A program made the translations under genes and the position numbers. A stretch of DNA of 57,152 nucleotides, filler included, from Sphacelaria rigidula (Eukaryota): NCBI GenBank assembly GCA_964200075.2. It is 8 parts of 8 records of this genome, joined end to end, with 100 filler letters (N's around TTAATTAATTAA, not from the genome) between each part and the next. Parts side by side here need not be neighbours in the genome. Positions count along the whole stretch, not along the records: positions 7,158 to 14,214 come from CAXNAA020016720.1; positions 14,315 to 21,371 come from CAXNAA020016721.1; positions 21,472 to 28,528 come from CAXNAA020016722.1; 5 more parts are not named here. One strand, given 5' to 3'. Below, one piece after another: positions 10,457-22,899 of the stretch; the first letter of the stretch is position 1; the number at the start of each line of letters is the position of its first letter. The notes below the pieces were generated by a model. The model did no database searches. It had not been told where the DNA came from and saw only the letters and a list, made by a program, of their open reading frames with translations.

Positions 10457-11457
10457 GTACTAACGGCGTGTTCCGCGTTTGTGGAGGACGTGGGCTTGAA
10501 ACGTGAAACTCCTAACTACTTGGTTTTAGTATTTAAACGTCTTGATCGGTGAAACTCACGTCAAGGCATGAAAAACTGTGTTAAGTTTTCGAGTTTCTCA
10601 ACCAAACTTTGTAGATATGTTCCTTGGGTTATTGGATTATTGGGTTATCCCGCGACGCATCATTTTATTATTTTTCTTCTGGGGCTCTCTGTATCGCCTT
10701 CCGGAGGTCTTTATACTGGGACCCCCGGAAGGTGGTGGAAAACAGAGGAACTCTGAAATATTGTCAAGAATTACAATTGTCTCTGCTTGGAGCATAAATA
10801 TCTACCAAACTGTCAAGTTTGAGGGCGATCTGAGATTTTCTACAACAGATGGAGAGGACACCGTCACCACGGCTCCCTTAGTCTCCCGTGCGTATCATTG
10901 GTGGAAATTAGACGACGCCGAAACGCGACATCACCGAAACATCACGGTTTCGGATATGATTCGACCCCCGTAGTAACCGTTTTCTAATATATATATATAT
11001 ATATATATTTGTTTCGTAGGATTCCCGAGCCGATGGTGGTTACTACGATGTGAAGCATGTGAAGGTTGGGTGAAACTTGGGCTTGCAAATCGTAATTTTG
11101 ATCTCGGAACAATTTGACGGCCGCTGATTGGTCGATATACCCTTTCGCCCTTAGCGCTACCACTATGGCCTTACACACAAATCCGGCTATGTCACGCTCT
11201 TCAGCTGTCGATGGCGGTCAGTATGAAATCATGTATGCGACTATTGAGTAGGTATTGCGGAAGGCATTAGCTGATGACACAGTTTTGGTGACAAGCGCGT
11301 GAACCAGCCTGTATGAACAATCAAGGAGGAAACAATAAAATAAGTTATGCATGGACCCGAAGATCTTTTGTTCGTGATTCAACGGCATTTGTCGGAAGCC
11401 TAAAAAGTGAGCAGTGCCTTTGATTCATGAAAACAAAAATGCCACAGGCACCGTGCG

Positions 11458-11812
11458 CAAGGTAGGTACCCGGTACGGGTATTTGGGATATCTCATACCC
11501 TACCGATACCAGTCTAATCCGGTATTTTGAAATGTCATACCTACGATACCTACGAACCCACGGTATTTTGAGATTTCAGTACCTACCATACCCGCTCAGT
11601 CGGGTATTTTGAAATGTCATACCTACGATACCACGGTATTTCGAGATTTGAATACCTACCGTACCCACCCAATCCGGTATTTTCAAATGTTGTACCTACG
11701 ATACCTACGATACCACGGTATTTCAAGATTTGAATACCTATCGTACCCGCCCAATCCGGTATGTTGAAATGTCATACCTACGATACCTACGATACCAGGG
11801 TACCGTAAGTTG
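11458..11812. mobile_element. MITE-like element made of tandem CGGTATTT...TACCTACGATACC subunits
   Basis: About 8-9 subunits of ~35-45 bp alternating in two types. Imperfect terminal inverted repeats CAAGGTAGGTACCCGGTA / TACCAGGGTACCGTAAGTTG. No convincing TSD. Confidence 0.65.
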
Positions 11813-13156
11813 CTCTGTGATCGCACAGGGCGTGAATTTTGCATAGGGGTCGTGAGAACGCACCCCTGTGCGATAAAAACACGGTTTGAAATGATTAAAT
11901 TGTTTTTTCGCACAGGGGGCGTTGTTTTCGCACAGGGGTGTGATCTCAAGGATGACATGCGTCTCAGCCACCTTCCGGGCGTGAGGACGCGTACGCGCGG
12001 ATGGGTCTTTGGGGCGGACAGTCTGAGTTGCCACGATTTTGGCTTTATTCCACTCGGTCGTCATGGGGCTTGTCTGGACTACGTACTGCGGTGTGGCAGT
12101 GCAGAGACAAGAAACACCCGGAGCGGTCTTCTTTTTCAATTTATATTACTCCAGTTCTCGTCGTGCACCTTGGATGAAACCACCAAAGCCAAAACCTTTC
12201 ACCAAACGCCAACAACAACAGCTTTGTGGCATGTGGCGGCCGGGGAATTCACGAGTATTTCGCCGCTTTTTCCGTAATTCGCCGCCTCGTCGGGTTTTGA
12301 AAATCCCGCCGCATTTTTCTTGGCTCGTGCGGTGTGCTTGATGCTGTCGTGCTGTGGCTTTGTGCGCGTGTGTACTTGCTATGTTTCAGGCATCTTCAGA
12401 CCTTGTTCCTAGGGTAGTACTGTTGCGGATTGTTCCTTTACACCCGCGAAGATTAACTCTGTATCGCACATGGCGGGGTTATCGCACAGGGTGTGCGTTC
12501 AAAGACCCTGGTGTCATCGAAATTATTTACTCAATATCACACATGTCGTTGAGAATGCACAGGGGTGTGCGATGGAGAAGCAGTACCAAATGATTTAATT
12601 CGATTTTCGCACAGGGGGCGATGTGGAAAAACAAAAGAAACGAGAGGTCGCAGGAGGCATACAAAATACACGAAAATGTGCCAAAATATCAGTAAAATAA
12701 CCTTGCATATTTATATACCGTCAATACTGCGCAATTAATGGGTGCTCTGAAAAAATACAACCACACTGGGAGGGGCAAACCCTACTCTCGCGTACCGCGG
12801 CACCTGCTCTCACGTACTACTGCAATACGTGGGTGCCAGGAATTACGGCCATACCTCCTCGAAATATAAATCGAATCATTTAATCTCAACTTGGCACATA
12901 CTACTGCACTATATTCAGAGCGCTTTAGTCTCCGCACCCGCGTCAACAACCACGGGAATCACCACGCGGTACCCATAATCGATCTATGGATTGGGTGTCT
13001 AACCCTATCAGCTGATTGCAACAAATCCAGCTGTGACCAGGGCGGGGAATGTATAAAGAAGGAAAATCATGCAAATGTCCGACAGCAGCAAGGAAAAAGA
13101 GTCCCACGTATTGAACGTAGAGAACGAAAACAAAACTTAGCCAAATAACATGCTAC

Positions 13157-14158
13157 TCATATCGCTCCAATAATGTATGGGCGCAGGCATGTTGCATCAG
13201 CTGTCACTCGTGCCCTGACTCTCGTTCTCCCCCTCTGGAGACAATCGGGGTCGTCCTTCATGTCATTTGGGGTTGCTGCGCCAACGGCATCGATGAAGTC
13301 GTTCGCCTCGCGCAGCTCAGGATCGGCCCCAGTGAAGCGCTTTGGGATGAATGATGATATTGATGCGGTAGTGAAAGCAGGCACCGCGACCGGTATCTTG
13401 GCGAAGTTGAGGTGGAGGAGCAGCAACATTTCAACGTAAAAATCGTCGAGGCGGCTTCTCCGACTCGACAAAAGCTGCCCCGCGCCACCGAAGTCACGCT
13501 CGATCTGTGCTGCAGAAGCTTGGTTACCGAACGTCTGCTGCGCTACACTGCGCAAGCGTCTAAACCGAATCTTCCCCTGGCGCGCGCCCAGTACCTGAGG
13601 GCCTCCCGCGGGGGGACATCAGAAGGCTTCACGCTGAGATTCCGGAACCGCGTGATCTCGTCATCCAAAAGCTTCCCAACTCTCTTCGGGGGATAGCTCT
13701 TCCTCTGCCCTGTCCGCCGCATCGTCGCTGGCAAACATCCCCCACTCGTTGTCGTTGCTGCTTTTCGAAGCGTTGCTCGGGTGGGTCACCGTCATCTTCA
13801 GGCGCTCGGCCTCTCGCGCCTCATCGGTATCTTCACGTCTGCTCATCTCCGATAGCCCCGCCTTGATCGCCCGGGCGCGAATGTCTGTCCAAGTGTCCGC
13901 GCGCGTACGAGACACGACACCCGCCGGCGTTGGAACTGTCGCTTTGCTGCTGGCGGGCAGCCCGCTGTCGTCGCCCGCAACCAGCTTCAGCAGGTCCAGG
14001 TGCTTGCCCGAGTGGAACGGCGGCGTAAGCATGACAGTCGCGTCTTTGAAAAAAGAGGGGTCTACAGTGGTGTCGTCCCACACACGGCCAACGAACCTCG
14101 ACACGAAAGCGGCGGAGAGTTCACAGCGGGTAATACGTGCGACGTCGGTGAGGTCGTT
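13157..14158 (-). pseudogene. hAT-superfamily transposase, C-terminal part with hATC dimerisation domain, frameshifted
   Basis: Three overlapping frames: ...FFKDATVMLTPPF..., LDDEITRF...ALRYW, and LRSVAQQTFGNQASAAQIERDFGGAGQLLSSRRSRL, matching the hATC A-x-S-x-x-x-E-R-x-F...R-x-R-L motif. Confidence 0.88.
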
Positions 14159-14214
14159 GGGTGTACTCATGATCATGCATGCCATAGTCATAACCATTGA
14201 CTGTGACATGCATG

Positions 14215-14314
14215 NNNNNNNNNNNNNNNNNNNNNNNNNNNNNNNNNNNNNNNNNNNNTTAATTAATTAANNNNNNNNNNNNNNNNNNNNNNNNNNNNNN
14301 NNNNNNNNNNNNNN
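14215..14314. other. Artificial contig linker
   Basis: 44 N + TTAATTAATTAA + 44 N. Confidence 0.98.
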
Positions 14315-15184
14315 TTATTCTGTGGTATCGCCACCTCCAGAGACAGCCACGGCTTATACACTGCCTCATGGGTGTCTAACCAGGGGGGGGGGTTGACAGG
14401 GGGAACGGTGCCTATTCCCAGAATACCCGTTTAGTCCACCAAGTCAACCATGTGTTTCCGGAAGTTTCCCGTGGAAAATTCCGAGCCGGGAACGAGACCT
14501 GATAGGCGGGGAGTGATCATTTTGATGTTGTAATTGGTCAGAACGGTCACTTGTTCCCCTACAGATGGACCACAGGTGGAATACCACACGGTGAAGCTGT
14601 ATTATACACTTCGGTCACGACCACTCAACAGTAGAAAACATAGGCAAGAGCGTGCTCTTGACTCTGCTCGAAGTCTTTGCCGCCTGCCCGACCCCTCTTG
14701 TGTTGCCACCCAAGCCCCAGACTGGCTGAGGTGTTGTAGAGCGCTACGCAAAGACATCAGCAGCGTGCAGTAGACTGTGTTTAGTGGAAAGTGATGGCAC
14801 GTTGAATGTTTCATACAGCTGTATTCAGCTGCTGGTGAAAAGAGTTCGCATGTAAATGTACGGTCGAGTAGCAGCAGTACAGACAGTAATAGTAGGGCGT
14901 ACAGTTGAGGACGGTGCAACATGCATGCGAGATCAACACACGCTTACGGTGCCAGCCCAGAAAGTACCGAGACTGCTCCGAAAGCAAGGATAGGGGGAGA
15001 GGATGAATGTTGTGTACATATACCGCAGCAGTGGCGGCTGCCAGCGTGCCCCGCTTGCTAACCATAAAAGCATGCACCTACGACAACTGGATATTGGTCA
15101 GCGATGACATTCATGCTGACTCTTCATGCACTTGACTGCAGGCTCAAGACCGGTCAGGGGTTCTGTGGGACTATTTTCTCTCTC

Positions 15185-15415
15185 TAAAAAATCCGACCTC
15201 ACGGTCGACCAGGGAAAGGGACCGTTGAACCCCTCTCGCGATAAAAAATAAGGCAAGCACCGCAGAAGGAAGGTGGTGTACTAAAACACACACATATATA
15301 TATATATATATCCTGCGTTTGCCTTCCTCATTTGTGACCCCGGCTGATGCGCCCACGTATACCGAAAGATGTAGACTGGCGTTCAGAATAAATGGGATGG
15401 CAACAAACACAACAT
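15185..15415 (+). mobile_element. tRNA-derived SINE family copy (body and tail, head missing)
   Basis: ACGGTCGACCAGGGAAAGGGACCGTTGAACCCCTCTCGCGATAAAAAA and GTGACCCCGGCTGATGCGCCCACGTATACCGAAAGATG match 37020-37240 and 42800-42840. Confidence 0.8.
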
Positions 15416-16056
15416 ATATATATATATATATATATGTATGTCTAACATCCATATGTCCATGAAAAAATGTGCTCTATCCTTCATAGAAACAGCTGCTCTG
15501 AACCCCAGTTGTGCCACAGTCCATATGAGACCATCTGGGGGGGAGGGGAGGCGGGTCGTGATCAAAGGGTTAACTATGGCGGTGAAGCGAAAGACTGGCT
15601 TGACCGGCAATCGTCGTCCTTGAACTCGCGCTGCATGTTGAGTACTCTACGTTTATTTGCTTGGATGTGATCGCAGAGAGACAAGTAGTGTTCCGAAACG
15701 ACTATTGATCGCTTTGTTCATGTGCAGCAGGTGTATAGAGCGTTTGTTAAAAGTAAATGTACAGTGGCCGAGAAATAATGAAGGATCGAACGACGACTCC
15801 GTCGGTATCGCGCGCGCGAGCCGAGCTCTACAGGACAGAACAGGACAGGAAGCACGATGTCAGATGCAGCACTGGACATGCCAGCGGAGGAAAGTATGGC
15901 ATCATGCCGGAGAACCACAGCCATGCAGCACACACACTACTGCAAGGTTGCTTGACCGCATACACTTACACTGTAACTGTGTTGTACTGCAACGCTCAAA
16001 AAATTGTACGTTTGCACGTCCGTTGTTGACACTCGAGTTGCTCCACCCTCACTTAC

Positions 16057-16259
16057 GTTTTACCATACTTGGCCTCAAAGTTCGCCGCGAACCCGCCGCC
16101 CGCTGATATATTCAGAGATCCGCCGCCGCCTACACTAGAGCGTACTCCGAGCAACTGCCCAACAGCACTCAACAACTTGAAAAACAAGCCCTTCACGCTG
16201 TTGGTAAGCCCTCTCTCATCGGTCACAGAGCCCAGTCCCCCTCTCTCCACGGTACTCTC
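16057..16259 (-). CDS. Internal exon of a signal-peptide-bearing protein, possibly UBX/FAF2-like
   Basis: Pyrimidine tract plus CAG acceptor, GTAAGT donor. Translates ESTVERGG...GLFFKLLSAVGQLLGV...GFAANFEAKYGKT. In frame with the exon ending at 17463. Confidence 0.6.
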
Positions 16260-16654
16260 CTGATCGTTCTGGTGGAGAACGGGGGTGGGGAAAGTGCGGT
16301 GGACACATCGAACTTTAAGCGACCGGACCCCTAGCTGGACGCTGAACGGGCGGGCTTTGAATGGGTTCGGCAAGGTTACTTTTTAAGAGAACGCCCGCAA
16401 GTCATGGTCGTTTGTGCATAAGCCGCGGCCAGTGGCTTATTGCCGTCTCAGTACAGCAACATACCAGCGGCGATTGCGTAAGCAAAAGCGTGCGACATCG
16501 ACCAAAAAACAGGTGTTGGTAGACACAGAACAGGTCTGTGCCATAACCCGTCACCATCAGCTGCATGCATGCGGCCGGGTATGTTTCAGGTTGTCAGCAC
16601 ACAATGCAGGATAATGCATCAAACGAAACAAACGACGTGCACCCTCCTCACTCA

Positions 16655-16830
16655 GGCCGTGTCTTAACGAGACCAAGAAAAGAAAGTGCAAAGAGGAGCG
16701 CACGTCCACAAGGAACTTTGACTAGTCGTCGCAACCATAGATCCCCGCCGCGATCAATCAATATGCTGCTTTTCGACGCTTCTTCCTTTTCCCGTTTCTT
16801 TTCTGGTCTCGATGAAAGACGGCCTCAGGG
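16655..16830. repeat. Palindromic dispersed repeat (MITE-like), second copy at ~32880-33035
   Basis: Shared core CGCAACCATAGA(T)CCCGCC..GATCAATC, flanked by complementary purine-rich and pyrimidine-rich arms in both copies. Confidence 0.7.
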
Positions 16831-17462
16831 CGTGTCTTTAAAGATGGTTGAAATCACGACCAATCAGATCGGGATTTCTGTTTAGCACCGCACTTTTTCG
16901 ATCGAAAAATGATGTGCTAGGACACGGCCTCAATCATGATAAAGGGGCACTATACATCCCTTGGCTATATTTTTTTTTTCTTTCTCACTCCCGCCAAGTG
17001 CCTATGTAACTGTGGCGTCCATCCAGGTCTACAAAAGGCATCCCTCCAAAACTCGCGGAACAATCCGCGGATGAAACCTCGGAGCAGGAGGCGTGGGCGT
17101 TCGCAGGGTTTGTAGAGGAAGGCCCTGCATAAGCACGAGACCTATGCATAGAGATATTCTTCATGAGTTTTCCCCAATGCCATAGATATTGGCGTCACTG
17201 TTACCGCCATGCTGAATGAGACCGAGCTTGGAAATTGAGTCGTTCGGGGGTGTAATCTCCCGTAAGTACACGTTACACGTGCAACGCGCACGACGTTTTG
17301 CATGAACACACATCCATATACATACACCACCAGAGCGTCAGACCCATCAAACCTTTCTGGCTTACCAACCTCAACAATCAGCAACAACAGCGCTCCTCAC
17401 TCTCAACTCTTCCAAGGCTGTACTGCTATGCTGGCTATAAAACAGATCCTACAAAACCTCAC

Positions 17463-17822
17463 CTCATTCTCTTCACTAGCATCAGTCCCGGCACCACCCC
17501 GCACGGCTCCGACAGTAGTCGCAGCTGCCGAGCACCGGTGTTTGCCGTTCTCTTGCCCGCCCCAAAGCTCAGCACTACTACTTCGCCTACCGTGTGCTCT
17601 CGTCTTCCCAGACGCTACCCAGCCACCAAGTGACGTCGATGGAGGAAATCCGCCCGCCGCCACCGCCGCCGCCGCCGTCCGTGCCACCCCCAGGAATGCA
17701 ACTGCTGTTCCGATAAGGACTACCGAGGCTGGCCGCCCGGCGTTTCTATACCGTTGTCTCCGTTTTTTTCTGCCTTCACTGCATATGCTGGAGCAGTTGC
17801 AGCAGGTTCGCATCATCGTCAT
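17463..17822 (-). CDS. Probable first coding exon with N-terminal signal peptide and transit-like peptide
   Basis: Basic stretch, then hydrophobic VVLIGTAVAFLGVARTAAAAVAAGGF, then Ser/Arg/Gly-rich region with VRGG. GAG|GTGAGG donor in phase 0. Start codon uncertain. Confidence 0.55.
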
Positions 17823-20800
17823 AGTGTGGGAAGCTTCTCCGGTACGATAACCCTCGACCATCACCACCCTCGCCGATATCTGCAAGAATCACACCGCATC
17901 TACATGTTGGCAACGGCGTCCCCATATCACAACACTATCCTCCTACCCCCCCTAAGAAAATTCCATGTACCCCATTACACAAACAATGTAGTACCCTGAT
18001 CGACCGGCCAAATCAAAAGACGATGTTGACAGGAACGGACCTGCCTGCTAGGCTTTGAATTTTGAAAGACTCGCGAGAATACATTACACACCGTCGGAGA
18101 TATCTGTCGGCAATCCTTCCCTGAGGTCTGGTACTCGTACTAATGGCGGCGAGGCGACCTCGTGCTGCCATTGGCCGAGCGCGGATGACATCCCAAGAGA
18201 AGCAACTGCAACAACGGCAACAACGGCAACAGCGGCAACAGCATCAGCTAAACGCCTTCGACGGCTGGACTGCGCACGTCCGATACTTCTTGGCTCAGTA
18301 CCCGCTTGAAACGAGGCACTTCGTTGCCCAGGTGGGGTTGATGGGGAAAGCTAGCGGCATTGGTGGTTTTGTTGGTGTTAGTGATGGTATTGTTCATGCT
18401 GCTGCTGCACGCTAAAATCAGGGTGTGGTTGGTTTGAAAAATTGAAGTAGATTTGAAATTGTGTTTAAAATTGAGATCAACGGCCATTTTTCGGGTGGTG
18501 CGCTCAAGGATTCGAGTTTGAAATCCAACCCCCGGGCATGTCAGCCTGCGCCAGGGCACCGTTTGTCACCGCTTGCGCTCGTGTCTCTTCGGGTCGGGTG
18601 GCTTGCGTGTAACGTTTGAAAACACCGGGTGATTGCGGGGGGACCAATTAATTCAGCGAAGCGTCGTCGTGTACAGTGCAGGCCTACTCTCCACAACTTA
18701 CCCTTAACATTTTTTCTTGTGCACATGAGTCGCACCCGTCTGCCCAGCTGTCGGCATCCGTCGCCTGGATTGCAAGTCGGTTGTTGTGTTGCACGTCGGC
18801 AAAATCAAACCTTTGTACAGGACTGCGCATGGGTAAGTGTGACTTTTTCGCCGTAGACGTCAAGCTTCACACGACTCGAGGGTTCGAACTTGTTTGGCGT
18901 GGGTGATGAACTTCTTACTCCTGTCGGGAGTGACATGCAGGTTTGTGCAGGTTTTTCATACGTAACCTCTCCCACATGTGCGCAGGTCGAGCAACTTCCT
19001 CTGTCCGTGAGCAAGAGGGTAGAGCGACCACCCAGCAGCGGCTATGTACATCCTACCGTCGTACTTGACCGTAGATACAGCTCCAACCGTTACAGCATGC
19101 GTTTCTGACGTGCTCAGTCTGCGCTGTGCGTTATTTTTGAGGCATTAACTCGGCAGGGCTTTCGAACATCGCGATTTATAATACACATTTTTGCATTTTT
19201 GGTGTCCATTTCGGAGTGGGTGTGCATGTTTCGGAGAAAGTTCCGAGTACAACTTCATAACGCTCCGAGATTGCCTCATGTTTTTTTTGGGCTGCGATAG
19301 AATGCGGCTAAATTGAAATAAGAAACGCTGTGATAGGTCCACGTCATTTCTTCTAGATGGCTTCATCAAATTATTGATAATTCTTGGTACGCAACTGGAA
19401 GCCTGAAAATGAAAGCTCTTGGCTTTTCAGCTGGAAAACGCGGCGCGAACAGCCGCACGCCAGGAAGAAGACAGTCTCTTATTTTTGGCCTCATGGTTGT
19501 AATGCGCAACCGTTGGCAACGTGTGGGGAACATGTCAGGGCATGCCCCCGTCATCTACAGACACTAACGCTGGACGACTGAACCCTCAGTCAAGGGTAGC
19601 CACGGCCCACCCCAGGATGGGGCTATGCTTGCTTTGGTACCAAAAACAGACAGCGCTGCTTCATTTCAAGGCTGATTGAAAAATCAACCGAACATACAAT
19701 GTACCAGCTGACAAGAAGTTATGTTTTGGTCTATTGAGCTTTGTGTCGTGCGTCGTCTATGTTGTGATCAACGTGTGAACAGCTTCGGGGCGAGGGGTGA
19801 TATTCGCCGCGGTTTGTAACGCCCATCTCCGCTTTTGCTGGGCTTTGTAAAAGTCATCATGACTCAAAACGAGTCACGACGAGCAGAATCAGTTAGTTAG
19901 ACCGCATTTCTCGCCATTTTTTTATTAATTTATAAGACAGTCCCGCTCCAGGAGAAGAAGCAGCGGCAGTTGTCGTTGTTTTTTGGAACCGATCTTCCGA
20001 CAAAGGGAAACGGCTGATCCAATTTTCGACCATTTTCGCCTTTCATTCCATTTTTCTACCGAGCCAAGGCCTGTAATTGCGTTGTTGCGCACTTGCGCTT
20101 CCAAGCCCGTTGCTACATCTGAAGAAAAAAGAAACGCCACTGAGCTACTGTTTGAGACCACAGAAACAGGCTTGCCATGTAATTAATCTGCAGGTATCTG
20201 TCTCTCCGATATGTGCCAGAGAGGGTGGGTCGTCGGTAATCAGGATTATATAGTGACCCTCGGTGACGGACACGGCTGTGAAACACTCAAAAAGCTCCAT
20301 ATCCAGTATACTAGATTAACACGACATCCGCCTCCTGTTCGTCCTGAAACGCTGCTGCGCTGTATATGGCAAACCAGCGCCTTGCCGCGTACGGCATCCG
20401 GAGTTTGCTGGCCTCCCACCGGCAGGAGGACATCACCCTCGAGCTATTGGCTTCGGTTACAGGTGCGTTGGATATATTAAAGCAAATGAAAAATGTTGGT
20501 TCCACTGAGTGTGAAGCGTAGGTCAAGTGTCGGAGGTATGTGTTCCGTTCCCCTATTTCGCCTGATATATGTCTTGTAAGGATGCCGTAGCCCTAGGTAG
20601 AGTATGCGTAGCCTGGTTGATCTGTTTTCCCCCGCTACCAGACGAGGGTTATAACCCCCCCCCCACATACACACACACACATGGCCAGCAACAAGAGTGC
20701 TTGCATACAGGCGATTAAGGATACGCGTGTTGGATAACTCATATATTCAGGGGATATAATGCGGGCACTCGTGGCACATTATTTGACACTCCCGTTATTT

Positions 20801-21371
20801 ATTTACTTTTTCTCATCTCCCTCATACCTTTCAACTCCCCCTTCTCCATCCTTCGGACGAGCTCGTGATTACAAGGGGTCAACCCACCTCCCGTTACTAC
20901 TGCTGCGGTATCACACCGACAACCGAGTGGGGCAATGTTGTGCTTTCTTTTTTATAGACGGGAGAGTTGAGATGAATAGCGTACTGTCTATGCTGTGGAA
21001 AATTAAGTCACGATTCAATGCAGATCATACGACACTGGCTCCACCCACAAGGTCACATTTGTAAGAAATGAGGGGATCATGGACGCCATTCTGTTGATGC
21101 TTCTGGGAAATATACTGCGATGTATCAGGAATCGCCCGTTGGTCTCCAAGCATTTATCTGATCTCGCCGGTTCTATATCGTGTATGGTCCACTCACTGCC
21201 TCCAGCGATTCACCCCCCCCCCTCCCCCCCCACAAAGGAGTAGAGAGGAGAAGTCATATAGTGGCAGAATGTGAAGTATACAAGGAGGAACGGGACGTGT
21301 AAGAGGGGGAAATGCGGGACGGGAACAAAGGTGGCGTGAAATCGTTTGATACATTATACAATAGGGACAAA

Positions 21372-21471
21372 NNNNNNNNNNNNNNNNNNNNNNNNNNNNN
21401 NNNNNNNNNNNNNNNTTAATTAATTAANNNNNNNNNNNNNNNNNNNNNNNNNNNNNNNNNNNNNNNNNNNN
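21372..21471. other. Artificial contig linker
   Basis: 44 N + TTAATTAATTAA + 44 N. Confidence 0.98.
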
Positions 21472-22899
21472 AGGCCAGTGGATTCTGGAGAAGTCCCTCA
21501 CTGAATAGCCCTCTTGTCCAGATCGTCTGGCAGAGGCTATAGTCCACGGTGCAGGCGAAACAGCACGTCTTTTTGCCACACGCGTCGTCCGCCTCGCAGC
21601 ACCCGCCATGAGTTCTTCGGGGGAAAAACGCAAGGAAACTATGATTTCTGCCGTAAGCGGCAACGAGGTACGCAGCCAATTCACGGCCTGAAGGAATTGC
21701 ATGAGTTCTGCGGCCGTCTCCGGGCGCCGCATGTCAGAAAAGCTTTGCAATCTGACAGGGTCATGAGATACGCGTCCGTGTGAGTACTCTTCCCCACACC
21801 ACACGAATTCACCAGCGAAAAAGGTACACTTGTGCGCAGCCGCAGACAAACCAACACTCTTTAAACGAGCCAATATAGCTTCAGGCGTGTCTGAAAGTTC
21901 GTCTTCCGTGTCCGCGAAAAAAAGCACATCATCCACCCATGTCTTGTCTTTTAAGCCGACGACAGGTTCTGTCATGATGCCTTGAAAATATGCCGTGGCA
22001 TTTAGCACGCCTCGCGGCACTCGATTCAGGCTAAACAGGCGAAAATAAGTCGTGATGGTGAAAATCACCTGCGCCTCCTCCGCCAACGGCATCTGCCAGT
22101 AACCTTGGAGGAGGTCGAACTTGCCAAAATGACGAGTACGCAACAGATCACGTATGCCCGACCTTTGATTGGGCATCATACCCAGCGACTTCTCAACCTA
22201 CTCATTTACGGCCTTGTAGTCGCTCACCAGGCGAAACGAGTCCTCCTTCGGAACCGCCATAGCCGGACTGGACCACACCGCGTGCAAGTTCCGGAACACC
22301 AATCCGAGCGCCAAAAGAGCCGCCATGCACGACGCCAACCAACTCGACTTCACCGGATTGTACCGCCGCGGCTTCAGCTTCACCGCGGACGCCCCGGGTT
22401 TTAGCTGAGCACGCATGGGCTCCACTTGCGCAGGGGGATCACCCCGCAGCGCACGACGAAACGCGTTGACGCGGCGATGCAAGATGCCACGCAGGCGCTC
22501 TGCTTTTGACACGCTGAGGCCTTTCGCCACAGCATCCGTCACGCTCTCCTCAAGAGCGACCTTCCGAGCGGACTCCTTTTCCGTCGGATCCATGAACATC
22601 TCCGAGCCGCGCTCCACCAAGTGTTCCGCCGCCTCATCCCGCTCCTCGATCATCTGCCTCCTAGCCTGCTGACAAGCGTTCACCGACAAGCTCACGCGAC
22701 GACTGCCCAAAAAGGCGGACGTCTCCACGCACGGACCAGGCGGAGATATCCGCGCATTCATGGAGCCCCACAACTGCGCATACGAGTCGACTCTAAGATC
22801 CTGAAGCGTCAGAAACCCCAGAAGAATGACGCCATCCGACCCCGACATGATCGTAAACGATATCGGAGGCAACGGCGCCGGCCCCCAGGAAGTCGTCAA
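21472..22899 (-). pseudogene. Gypsy pol (end of protease and reverse transcriptase), disrupted
   Basis: ORFs 22198-22899 and 21472-22179 are separated by an in-frame stop. RT motifs as above. Confidence 0.92.

Noticed and set aside
14948-15077. Further exon of the UBX-like gene
   Set aside because: It has AG/GT boundaries on the minus strand, but no frame gives a convincing UAS-domain match and the intervening exon is missing.
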